A stretch of 41,213 bases of DNA from Octopus bimaculoides (GCF_001194135.2 NC_068981.1:85852564-85893776), one strand, 5' to 3'; numbered from the stretch's first letter, positions 1-11,040 are shown. Translations and numbers: made by a program. Notes: a model not told the origin generated them from the letters alone.

Positions 1-56
1 CACACACACATACACACACACACACACAGACACACACACACACACACACACACACA
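1..56. repeat. (CA)n microsatellite
   Basis: Near-pure CA run at the window start. Confidence 0.95.
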
Positions 57-161
57 TCGACTAAAAAGCAGAAAAGCGCAAATTGCACAAGCAGTTCATA
101 ATTTGATTGTCCTCTACAACTGGTCCAATACAATAGAGGTATTATTTATATGTATCAACGC

Positions 162-250
162 GGCGGCGAGCTGGCAGAATCGTTAGCACACCAGGCGAAA
201 TATTCCACCGAGCTCAACTTTGCCTTTCATCCTTTTGGAGTCGATAGAAT
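162..250 (+). mobile_element. tRNA-derived SINE, family B here, internally deleted
   Basis: ggcggcgagctggcagaatcgttagc head followed by ctttgcctttcatcctttt-ggagtcgat. The same motifs occur reversed at 4002-4169 and at 10919 and 39514. Confidence 0.7.
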
Positions 251-274
251 TGATCTGTGTGGTTTTCACCTCTG

Positions 275-1000
275 TTTGTAATTTTGTTCCAATTGTTTTC
301 AAATTTGGTATATGGATTAATGAAATTCATTTTCCCTATAAATCCATAATTAAAAAGTTATTAGCCTTTAAAATTTGCAAAATTTGGGTATTTTAGCCGA
401 TCAGAAGCGAGTATTTTACACATCACCGTAGCGAAAAGCTCTGTTTCCATAGTAACCAAAGATGCTGCGCATGCGCACAAGGAGGGAAAGGAGATACGAG
501 AAAGATAATCTTCTTACTATAATAATACGCTTGTGTCTTTCTCCGTCACAACATATGAATGAGAAAGGAAAGGGTGATACATGAATAAGGAAGGAAGGGA
601 TGATGGCAAACTGGTAGTGGAAGCGTTTCAACTCTGTGTGAGTATGTGTGTGCATGTATAATGGAGGTGTGTGAATGTGTGTGTATGTGTGTGTGTGTGT
701 GTGTGTGCAATGGAAGTGGGATGGTGAACATTCAACGCTGAAAAGAAAAATCAGCCATTCAACTCTGTGTGAATGTGTGTGCGCATACAAGGGAAGTAAC
801 AATGTTTTGACATGCCCCCCTCCCCCCGCGATGATGAAAGAGGCAGCGAACGCTCTGTTTTCTGATTGGTTGAAAATTCTGAAACGTATCAAACTTTGAA
901 CACCTGCAACATTTTTGTAAAATTTTTCTGGAATAAATGAATAACAAATTCGGATTCAGTGTCAAAAATTACATCTATATGATACATTAAAAAAAATTTC
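275..1000. mobile_element. Possible old fold-back/MITE with degenerate inverted ends
   Basis: ttttagccgatcagaagcgag (~390-410) is loosely complementary to ctctgttttctgattggttgaaaa (~853-876). The latter resembles the TIR core gtgattggttgaaatt of the 11781-13298 element. Confidence 0.3.
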
Positions 1001-1007
1001 TAAAGAT

Positions 1008-1428
1008 AGGCGCAGGAGTGGCTGTGTGGTAAGTAGCTTGCTACCAGCCACATGGTTCGGGGTTCAGTCCCACTGCGTGGTACCTTGGGCAAGTGTCTTC
1101 TACTATAGCCTCGGGCCGACCAAAGCCTTGTGAGTGGATTTGGTAGAAGGAAACTGAAAGAAGCCCGTCGTATATATGTATATAAAAATGTATATATGTA
1201 TGTGTGTATGTTTGTGTGTCTGTGTTTGTCCCCCCTCCAACATCGCTTGACAACCGATGGTGGTGTGTTTACGTCCCCGTAACATTAGCAGTTCGGCAAG
1301 AGTGACCGATAGAATAAGTACGAGGCTTCCAAAGAATAAGTCCTGAATTAGTCGATTTGCTCGACTAAAAGGCGGTGCTCCAGCATGGCCGCAGTCAAAT
1401 GACTGAAACAAGTAAAAGAGTAAAAGAG
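1008..1428 (+). mobile_element. tRNA-derived SINE, family A here, near full length
   Basis: A-box-like tggctgtgtggt, B-box-like ggttcagtccc, ccttgggcaagt (MIR/CORE-like), internal (TA)/(TG) tract and (gtaaaaga)n tail. Near-identical copies at 13764, 14701 (-) and 17542. Confidence 0.9.
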
Positions 1429-1472
1429 AAAGCAGTAACGAAAACCACAAAGATCCGTTAAAATAAGTGTCA

Positions 1473-1552
1473 GTTGGGCACTGGGGTCGATACAATCGAC
1501 TATGCCCCTCCCCCAAATTTTAGACATAGTGCCCATAGTAGAAAGGATTCTT
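1473..1552 (+). mobile_element. SINE family B 3' fragment
   Basis: ctggggtcgatacaatcgacta...atagtagaaaggatt matches 10960-11035. Confidence 0.65.
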
Positions 1553-1592
1553 TATATAATTACGTATTCAAAATAAACAATTGCAAAAGTGG

Positions 1593-1672
1593 TATTCTTT
1601 TATTCTTTTATTTGTTTCAGTCAAATGACCGCTGCCATGCTGGAGCATCGCCTTTAGTCAAGCAAATCGACC
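1593..1672 (-). mobile_element. SINE family A 3' end, runs into N-gap
   Basis: Reverse complement of ggtcgatttgctcgactaaaggcggtgctccagcatgg...gactgaaacaa and the tail. Confidence 0.8.
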
Positions 1673-2037
1673 NNNNNNNNNNNNNNNNNNNNNNNNNNNN
1701 NNNNNNNNNNNNNNNNNNNNNNNNNNNNNNNNNNNNNNNNNNNNNNNNNNNNNNNNNNNNNNNNNNNNNNNNNNNNNNNNNNNNNNNNNNNNNNNNNNNN
1801 NNNNNNNNNNNNNNNNNNNNNNNNNNNNNNNNNNNNNNNNNNNNNNNNNNNNNNNNNNNNNNNNNNNNNNNNNNNNNNNNNNNNNNNNNNNNNNNNNNNN
1901 NNNNNNNNNNNNNNNNNNNNNNNNNNNNNNNNNNNNNNNNNNNNNNNNNNNNNNNNNNNNNNNNNNNNNNNNNNNNNNNNNNNNNNNNNNNNNNNNNNNT
2001 GTGTGTGTGCGTGTGCGTATCTGTGTGCCTGCGTGAG

Positions 2038-2080
<43 letters not shown>

Positions 2081-2361
2081 TATATATTTGGATACTAAGT
2101 TATAGATATTAATTTTGGGTTACGAACTGTAATTTCGTCCTTACGGAATTTCGGATAAATTTTAAAAAATCTAATAAGTACTCTTTCTTCTTAGCTCATG
2201 ACAAAGAATTTAACAAGTTGAAAAATTAGCGTCACAAAACATAAATGTGTGCGCGCGCGCGCAAATACACGTGTATGCGTCATTATAAATACTTACGGAG
2301 TGAGGTGGAATATTTCACGGACTATTTGTGCGTTGTTTTGTGAACATTTTTTTGTGGAGCA

Positions 2362-2477
2362 AACACACGCGCGCGCACACACATATTTTTTTCTAGGATC
2401 ACACATACTTACATACTCTCTCTCTCTTACTCACTCACTCATTCACACATACGCACACACATTTTCTAGGATCATAC

Positions 2478-2517
<40 letters not shown>

Positions 2518-2810
2518 ACACACACACACACACACATACATACACACATACACACATACATGTGCGCCCACGCATTTTCTTGGATCACGCACGCAGACAT
2601 ATTTTTTAGGATCACACGCATTCACACACATACACACACTCACATATTTTCCAGGATCACACACACACACTCACTCACACACACACACTCACTCACTCGC
2701 TCGCTCACACACACAAACACTCACATATGTTCTAGGATCACACACTCTCTTTCTCTCTGTCTCTCTCTTTCACACACACACACGCGCGCATACACGCATA
2801 CACATACACA
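2362..2810. repeat. Compound minisatellite: conserved ttttctaggatcacac core x6 separated by (CA)/(CT) tracts
   Basis: Cores at about 2393, 2466, 2579, 2606, 2651 and 2732. Confidence 0.8.
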
Positions 2811-3639
2811 GTTTATTGAAACTAAAAGCCACTTTTATAAAACTCACAATTTTTAAAGACTTTCCAAGCAAGTGGTTTTCAGCTCTTAGAAACTAAAGTG
2901 GCGAGAAAAGCGACAAAGAGAAAAACGTAAGCTTCTGGTGAGTCGAAATTGTGCGAGTGAATTGGTCACCATGGTCGGGGTGGTTGCTTGTTAGTGTGTG
3001 CTATTTTGTTGAAGATCATCATCGTGTGTTCTCGCTGGCTGCGTGTATAATAAACGAAACAAATTCACGAACTTTTAGCATTTTTATTGCTTGACATGAT
3101 TTATTACGTTGGCTGTTTACAAAAGATGATGATAATATAACCGCTGACTGGAAGGAGAATTGTGCCGTGCCTTGTAGAAGGCTAGCTGTGGTACTTCGTG
3201 TGTGAATGTCCTAAGTCGTTTCTTGCCCAATTTTAATTGTCTTCTATCGGTCATCTTCTATCAGTCTTAATATAGGTTATAAATTGATCATCTGAATTCA
3301 CAACAGAATCTTTGTCTTACGTTTTCTTCCTGAATGACCAGACGTTTTCTTTCTGATTGAATAATTATTGCTACAGATGCAATACCTGGAGGAGATATAT
3401 ACAATGAATTCGCAACCAAGAATCGAAACCTTGGTCTTCATGCTTCGGTCTACTGTTTTCGGAACCTACATTCAAAATGTATTACTGTCATCTGTCAAAT
3501 TCGCTACTGTTTCAGATGAGATTGACTTCAATTTAGATGGTTCATCTAATTCTATTGTTGCTGACCTAGTTCAGCTTTAGGACAGTTATACATAGGAAAC
3601 ACCCATAGACAATTATTATTCTGGCTTACCTCTGAGTTT

Positions 3640-3890
3640 TCATGCAGTTAAAAATGACAATCTTCATCTTCGAAGAGAAAGTTAACACACTTCACGGGAA
3701 ACTCTGTAAATCTCATAAAAGAACTTGTCGAAAAATGTGGCGCAGAAATAAGTCAGCAGCTTAAACGACAAGTTAATTCCCTACCTGATACCATACAAAA
3801 TGAAATCTTAGAGGCATATGCTCATAACACCCTACATGAGATCAGAAAAATTGCTGAAGATTCCATGTTTAATGATGTTATATGTGATTG
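3640..3890 (+). pseudogene. Degenerate hAT-type (DUF4371/ZMYM-like) transposase fragment
   Basis: Manual translation GNSVNLIKELVEKCGAEISQQLKRQVNSLPDTIQNEILEAYAHNTLHEIRKIAEDSMF resembles the GNFxxL...SPxIQNELI segment of hAT transposases. Stops and frameshifts lie upstream. Confidence 0.45.
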
Positions 3891-4001
3891 TTCTCTTTTC
3901 CATCAAAACTTTTAGAGAGTTAACCTCTCTCTCCCTGTCCTCTTCCTCTCTCTCCCTGCTCCCCTCTCTCCCTGTCCTCCTCCTCCTCTCCCTCTAAGTG
4001 C

Positions 4002-4169
4002 TAGTCGATTACAAAGACACCAGTGCTCGACTGGTACTTATTTTATTGACCCCGAAAGGATGAAAGACAAAGGTCGATCTCAGCGGAATTTGAACTTAGA
4101 GCATAAAGCCGGAAGAAATTATGCTAAGCATGTTGTTCGTTGAGCTAAAGGTTTTGCCAGCTCGCCGCC
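4002..4169 (-). mobile_element. SINE family B, 5' two-thirds
   Basis: Reverse strand reads ggcggcgagctggcaaaacc...agttcaaattccgctg (B-box)...ctttcatcctttcggggtcaataaaataagtaccagt. Confidence 0.75.
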
Positions 4170-4397
4170 TTCATGTGTTTCAAGAATAATATGAATTTGA
4201 CCACCTAATAACAAAATAACAAATATATATNNNNNNNNNNNNNNNNNNNNNNNNNNNNNNNNNNNNNNNNNNNNNNNNNNNNNNNNNNNNNNNNNNNNNN
4301 NNNNNNNNNNNNNNNNNNNNNNNNNNNNNNNNNNNNNNNNNNNNNNNNNNNNNNNNNNNNNNNNNNNNNNNNNNNNNNNNNNNNNNNNNNNNNNNNN

Positions 4398-4590
4398 GGA
4401 GAATTTACAAAAAAAACAACAACAGACGAGTACAGGTGGTGTAAACAACAAAAGGATGTATTAGTTTAACGCTCGGGAATAGAGAAAGTCTTTAACGTTT
4501 CGAGCTACGCTCTTCAACAGAAAGAATAAGGAGAAAACAAGGAGAAAAACACGGAGAAAAAAAATTGAATGTTGTGGTCAGCGATCTATC
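4398..4590 (-). mobile_element. Probable Penelope-like element terminal-repeat fragment containing a hammerhead-like motif
   Basis: Minus strand 4525-4489: TCTTT-CTGTTGA-AGAGCgtaGCTC-GAAAC-GTT-AAAGA, the topology of a minimal type I hammerhead. Confidence 0.4.
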
Positions 4591-4621
4591 ATATATACAT
4601 ATATAAATCCCATACATTTAA

Positions 4622-5164
4622 TACAACCTTCAGTTAAATTGCATATATCTGCCACGTAAATAAGCATGAAATTTTCACAGTATTGCACTTATGCGCATGT
4701 GTTAAGTGATAGCTGATATCGACTTAGTTCAATTTTTAAAAAATCCACTTTTCACCACTGCCACTTCCACCACCATCACCATCTCCCTCCCTCTCTCTCT
4801 GCCTTTCTTTAACCTCACCATCAGAACATCACTCCTCTGCTAAAATTATATTTCTAACTCTCTCTATATCACTACTTTCAACTAACTTTTTTAACCACAT
4901 AATAAATATTAGTTCCCCCTACTACACATCATAGACGTTCTTTTTCTCCCTCCCTCCTTCTGTCTCACTTTTCCCCTTATCTTTTTTCTCTCTCCTTTTT
5001 CTTTCTCCTCTCTCTCCCTTCAACTAATTACTTGAAACTGTTACAATTACATTCCCTCTACCTCACGTCATGGACGCTTCTCTCTTTCTCCCCCAGTTCT
5101 CTAATCACGTGAAAGCGTTACCGACCGGCTAAGTAACGCAATGACAAGCAAAATTATTATAAGA
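4622..5164 (-). mobile_element. Non-autonomous Helitron, 5' portion
   Basis: Minus strand begins TCTTATAATAATTTTGC (TC start). 4622-4665 is 42/44 identical to 25396-25439, which belongs to a fragment ending in hairpin+CTAG. Confidence 0.55.
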
Positions 5165-5229
5165 CTAGTGTAACCGTGCCGTCAGAAATGATGACATGAA
5201 AATTATACGGAAAATAAAACTAAAAGATT

Positions 5230-6530
5230 ACAACTTTTTTCTTAATAACTGTTTCAACACCACGTTTCTAGTGAAAACTCTACCACCAATGAAATTTGCC
5301 TTGTTTTGGATGGTTATGTACCAACATTTTAATATTATTACTGCTTCTACTTCTGCTCAATGCAACATAAAGTTGTCTCTGGCTGAATACTGGTGATGAT
5401 AGGATGATGCCAACATTATTGGATCTCTGTTCTTGTGATTTGTTTATAGTTATTGTAAATGCTGGGATAACAAGAAACTGTCTATTCATACTAAAGAGAA
5501 GGGTTGTCTCACTGGGACGCAGGTTGATGCGCGGAATAAAGGCCACCTTTCTTACTTCCACTAAGTATTTTCCCATGAATGAAAAGATCTTTGATGGACA
5601 GCACTAAGATCCGGATCCTATTGAGTAAACCTGTCATTAGGTTCAGGGTCCTTAGCAACATGACTATTGAATGCCTCTTCAAGGTCAGTATATGAGGTGG
5701 CATCCCAGAAAGTGTCAGTGAATTTAAAAACTCCACTTCAACAATGGTGTCAACGTTTCTGCAGATTGTTGCCTCACCAGGCAATAATGACATTATATCA
5801 GTGTTTATGTGAAGATAATCTTTGTTTTTAGGTGTCAAAATGATTGTCGATGACACTCTTTCAACTGCCTCGTCATTGTCTAGTAATAATTCTTTCCCCA
5901 AAACTTCTCTAATAATGTTATTTGTAGATACCATGTTTTGGGGGATTTCTATGAGGTTTTCTTCCAGCCCTTCATTGTTGGAGAGGGTTCCATTTCCAAC
6001 CGCCAAAAGCCACTTGTTGAAGTCATCTTGTCCAGTAATGCGCATATTTTCTGTCAAACTGAGTTTTGTTACGAAATGCCAGAGAGGAGATTGCTTAATT
6101 GAGGACTCAATTACTGCTGCATTGAATCCTCTTGGGATAACAAGAGCAGTATGTCTGAAGTCTATGCCAAGTAGCAGCACTTTTCCATCGAATGGTCTGG
6201 GGGAATTCATTATTTGCCTCAGCAACACATCAATGACTCTCAGAGCATTGTATGATAACACTGATGCTTCATCAATAATTAAAAGATGAGTCTGTTTTAA
6301 TTTTTCAGATGATTGAAGGGATTCTCATGTGAGAGTTGGAACTATCATGTAATGGGACGGGTAGCTTGATTCCACTGTGAACAGTCCTTCCATAAATGAG
6401 CAAATCATCAGCTATACCTGTAGTAGCATTGGAAAGGACACACTTGTTTTGCCTTTTTAGAGAAGCTATCAATGTATTGTACAGGTAGGTCTTTCCCGTT
6501 CCTCCTGGGCCATCGAGGAAAAAGAATCTA
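5230..6530 (-). pseudogene. Helitron PIF1-family (SF1B) helicase domain, frameshifted
   Basis: Walker A FFLDGPGGTGKTYL (GPGGTGKT at 6511-6488), Walker B IIDEAS (DEAS at 6273-6262), ORFs 5509-6261 and 5280-5576 (TINKSQ, QLYVALSR). Confidence 0.93.
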
Positions 6531-7284
6531 CTCTTTCATCGTCATTGATAGCTGCAGTAATGTGTTCTTAAACCTGGCACTGAGCCTAAGTGAAGGATGC
6601 AATGCGCCGCTCAATATCAACTCGTTCAACATTGTTCTTTTCTGCAGTTACTTCATGAAAGGCTGCTGTAGCTGGGACTGGGAGATATAAATCTCTGCAG
6701 CATAGCACATGTACTCGCAGTGTTGACTCAATATCATTTAATTCTCTCTAGATGGCCACCTCTCGAGTGTTAATTCTTGTGAAATCCTTAATCATATCCT
6801 CCTCAAACTGGTGGTACAGCTGCGAAGAGTTAGCTGGGGTGTTGAAGATGCAAATGAGAGCAAACAATTGTCTTAGCTGAAATGGCGTACTTGTAAGGGA
6901 CGCTTTTTCTATGCACCTGCGCCATTCTTCATCATTTTGAACTAAATTTCTTTTTTAAATGAGTTGGAGACTACACCATCTGCTGTTTTCATATCTTCAT
7001 GACTTCGACCTCCAGGAATGTGCAACAGCAATAGTGTCAAGTAAAATCGTTTCTCATCCTTCGGGTCAACGGTGTAGTCTGGAGATGACTTTATCGTCTC
7101 CCCTTTGTCTGTTCTTCCATAAAGTAGTCTGCTCATTGAAGACATAACTGTACAGAATATCCGAATAATGCAAGTTCCAGGTATTTTCATCTGTTTGATT
7201 CAGAGGATATCAAGGTGTCAGTGGTGTGTTCTTCTGTGTTGCTCTCTCAAGTGCCTGTGTCTCTTGACCCTCTTCAAAGTATAT

Positions 7285-8248
7285 AAGTTGCTCTTGTGGC
7301 AGATGAACAGGCAGACGAATAGCTGAATGAGATCTGTCATGCATCTTATTCTCAACAGTCGCACATACTTTCAGGAGCACTCACATGNNNNNNNNNNNNN
7401 NNNNNNNNNNNNNNNNNNNNNNNNNNNNNNNNNNNNNNNNNNNNNNNNNNNNNNNNNNNNNNNNNNNNNNNNNNNNNNNNNNNNNNNNNNNNNNNNNNNN
7501 NNNNNNNNNNNNNNNNNNNNNNNNNNNNNNNNNNNNNNNNNNNNNNNNNNNNNNNNNNNNNNNNNNNNNNNNNNNNNNNNNNNNNNNNNNNNNNNNNNNN
7601 NNNNNNNNNNNNNNNNNNNNNNNNNNNNNNNNNNNNNNNNNNNNNNNNNNNNNNNNNNNNNNNNNNNNNNNNNNNNNNNNNNNNNNNNNNNNNNNNNNNN
7701 NNNNNNNNNNNNNNNNNNNNNNNNNNNNNNNNNNNNNNNNNNNNNNNNNNNNNNCTTCATCATGCACAATCTCATTGTTTGAAGTTGCTCTTGTGGCAGA
7801 TGAACAGGCAGACGAATAGCTGAATGAGATCTGTCATGCATCTTATTCTCAAGCAGTCGCACATACTTTCAGGAGCACTCACATGCCTAACATCTAAATG
7901 GTTGCGTACTTCATCATGCACAATCTCATTGTTTGAAGTTGCTCTTGTAGCAGATGAACAGGCAGACGAATAGCTGAATGAGATCTGTCATGCATCTTAT
8001 TCTCAACAGTCGCACATACTTTCAGGAGCACTCACATGCCTTACATCTAAATGGTTGCGTACTTCATCATGCACAATCTCATTGTTTGAAGTTGCTCTTG
8101 TGGCAGATGAACAGGCAGACGAATAGCTGAATGAGATCTGTCATGCATCTTATTCTCAAGCAGTCGCGCATACTTTCAGGAGCACTCACATACCTAACAT
8201 CTAAATGGTTGCGTACTTCATCATGCACAATCTCATTGTTTGAAGTTG
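7285..8248. repeat. 153/154-bp tandem array inside the Helitron Rep region (N-gap 7388-7754 inside)
   Basis: aagttg anchors at 7285, 7782, 7936, 8089 and 8243. Units alternate ctcaagcagtc and ctcaacagtc. Confidence 0.9.
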
Positions 8249-9850
8249 TTTCATTGATGTCAACATTGATGGAGTCATATCCCTTATAGATATACTTGTA
8301 AATATATTTCGCAGCGGAGACGAAGAGGTAAATCTCAACACAGATATGAGCATTGAGCTTACGGCACATATATTTATTGTAGGGCACTACTTATCGGTTG
8401 TCTATTGCATGGTTGCGAACTCGAACTAATGTCCATCGACGTCGCATGTACAACGGGTAACCGTTTGGGTTTATCCGTGTCTCTTGTTGATACTCCTTTG
8501 GAAATTCTTTAAGACACTTGTTATTTTCCAGGTAGGGAGCAGCAGGGTTGAGATCACCACAGGGCCCATGGATTATGCACCTTCTCACTATTTCATGTAG
8601 TAAGGGTTCAGCGACGGGATCCAGGATATTGACACAGACAATTTAAGTAATTCCTTCTGGATAATACAATTTATTATCAGGGTACAAAATGATCAACAGG
8701 CGGGAATGTGGTAAGCCCCTCTTTTGAAATTCAATGGTGTAGCAGTAAGCGGTGACTCTTCCAAATGTATGTTTGTTAGTGACGTCATTCAAGAGTTTGT
8801 GCAGCTTTATACTAAATACACGGGCCACCAAGTCCGGTCTATCTGATGAAGTTTGGCTTGGAAATAAATTCTCTCTCACTTCTTGCCAATTAGGATTGCA
8901 GGTTATTGTGAGGAAGATATTAGGAGGACTATATATGCACACAATAGCCATGGCGTCTTGATAGCGCTCATGCATATCCCTAGGAGAACTTTGAAATGAT
9001 GAAGGCAAAATAACTGTGCGTCCTACTTGAGCATTTGCAGCATTCTGTAAATGACCAGCAAGACCACGGTATTGTTCTACTTTTAAACTTTGTCCATAGA
9101 TAACTGGGTTGAATCTCTAACTTTATGTTGGAGCATTGTAACATTTTGCCTTGAGTTTGCTCTATTTTTTAACCAATCATATGTGGTTGCCAGCCTGGAT
9201 CTCCATATGGAAAGATCAATACATACGTCATTTGGTCGAGGTTGGGACTTCATTGTTTCTTGGGTAAAACTTGAAATCTCTGTTGAATGGTGGCTCACCG
9301 TCAGTATTGTTGAAGACCATAGCTATTTCATCAACTGTTAGTAAATCGTATTTCTACCTATCAGCAGTGCGATCACTGTTGAAGACTAAATTTACGACAA
9401 ACATGGGCCTCTGTTCCTGTTGGGCATGCTACTCCTCATGCAGTTCTACTTCTCGTGATGTCCTGTAAGATGCAGCATAAACATTGTTCTCTCTGATAAT
9501 CTTATCCAATCTGTACATCCCCTCAGGTATACATCTTTCACTTGCTGCATTCTGAGCCCGCACTGAGGTGGCTTGAACGCTGTCAACTACATACAGTTGC
9601 GCAAATTGCCTCTGTTGGCCCTCAACAGGGTGCATATGCGAAGTCCTATGATAAATTTGGTCGTGCACTCTGAAACAAAATGGACCTCGTCCTTGTGGGT
9701 CATCAATGTAAGCATCCATAGATGTGAAAGATAGAGCAGAGTTGTATGACCTTATGTTTTCTTTGAAGTTAACATAATGTGAATGTTGAGGTTCTGACAA
9801 CAGAGTTCGTAAGTATGGAGGAAATTCTCTTCTAACTGGAGGCAGGACTT
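8079..9850 (-). pseudogene. Helitron Rep (HUH endonuclease) domain and upstream conserved region, broken into several frames
   Basis: ORFs 9429-9800, 8643-9008, 8391-8588 and 8079-8387 carry the classic Helitron motifs. The HUH motif reads PHSR instead of PHxH. Confidence 0.92.
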
Positions 9851-10132
9851 ACCCTTTATGGCAGCAACTGTTAGACCATTCACCTGATAGTTGCTCCGAA
9901 GCAAAATGTTTGGCACAATGTGTTCATGCCACCACAGTTATGAATCTGAACATTCTCTACATAATAAGTATGATTATTTACTAAATTTATATGATTTCCA
10001 ACTCTTCGCACAACTCTCATGGCGTTCGCATTCTGCTGCCTTCGGTTGTTTCTTCGTTCTTCCGTATCAGTATTAATTAATTCTTCCATTATTCTCTTCA
10101 TTCGCTCTCTGCGAACATTTGCTTCTTCAGTT

Positions 10133-10420
10133 TCATTCTCTAGTCTTAGTCTCCTTCTCTCTTGCTTTTAGATCCTCTCTCCCCTCTGCTGCTTGCTCTT
10201 CCGTTTCACCTTGGCGCCTTTGCGATGTTCTCTCTCTTTCGATTTCTCTTCTTTGTGCTGCATGCTCTTCCGTTTCATCTTGTCGCCTTTGCGATGCTCT
10301 CATTCTTAGATCTTCTCTCTTTGCTTCTTGCTCATCCGTTTCATCTTGGCGCCTTTGTGATGCTCTGTGTCTTTGGATATCTCTCCTTTGTGCAATGAGG
10401 TTCTCCTTTTCATTTTGACG
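10133..10420 (-). repeat. Four 22-23-aa tandem repeats (STPR-like) at the RepHel N-terminus
   Basis: Open minus frame: EKENLIAQRRDIQRHRASQRRQD / ETDEQEAKREDLRMRASQRRQD / ETEEHAAQRREIERERTSQRRQG / ETEEQAAEGREDLKAREKETKTRE*. Confidence 0.7.
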
Positions 10421-10918
10421 TCTTCAAGCCTGTCGCCTTGCATCTTGTGCTCTTCTCCGTTGTCTCATTTCTTGTGATTGATTTAATAATATATTTTTTT
10501 AATCTTCTTGCGTCTAGTTCTTCCTGAGTGAGATTGGCTGTTCTTCGCTTTGTCTCTCTCTGGCTAACAGTCGCCTTCTGTCTGCGTCATTCTCTATAGC
10601 AGAAGAAAGAGTATCAGTGAATGGATAACAAACACTATATACTGTAAATAAGTTATGAGAGTACGCATTACTAAAAGTGTCAGTAAACTGATAACAAACA
10701 ATATATACTTCAGAAAAAGATCGGAAATTATCTCCTAATATAAAAACGACCATAGTGTTTTTATATATTTGTGTATATACTGTAAATATACACGACACAT
10801 TGGAACCGAAATATTAGAGAAAATGATCTTCGTAAAATGTAAACAAAACATTTCACCTATGAAATGATTCGTCTTAGTGTCCACTAACCCTATTCATTAT
10901 TATATTAGGAGATTGTTA

Positions 10919-11040
10919 TTCATCCTTTCCGGGTCGATGAAATAAGTACCAGATACGCACTGGAGTCGATGTAATTGATTATCCCCCTCTCCAAACATTT
11001 CAGGCCTTGTGCCTATAATAGAAAGGATTATTATTATTAT
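10919..11040 (+). mobile_element. SINE family B 3' half with (att)n tail
   Basis: ttcatcctttccgggtcgatgaaataagtaccag...caggccttgtgcctataatagaaagg(att)n. Confidence 0.75.

Larger units (their letters stand above)
5165..10912 (-). mobile_element. Decayed autonomous-type Helitron (RepHel pseudogene), both termini present
   Basis: 5' A|TCTCCTAATATAAT at 10912 and 3' partial hairpin + CTAG|T at 5168-5165. Fragmented RepHel: CCHKG zinc-finger-like segment, FKENIRSYNSALSF, Rep motifs FLTITCNPNW / IEFQKRGLPH / KYIYKYIYKG, and a PIF1 helicase. Confidence 0.95.

Noticed and set aside
2362-2810. CRISPR-like repeat/spacer array
   Set aside because: Eukaryotic context, low-complexity spacers of very unequal length, and no cas genes.
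416-2896. ORFs rich in HT/CV/SL dipeptides and all ORFs containing X runs
   Set aside because: They are translations of microsatellites or N-gaps.
5822-6289. 155-aa plus-strand ORF and similar ORFs at 8752, 9090, 10119, 10162 and 30174
   Set aside because: Antisense shadows of Helitron or RT coding sequence.
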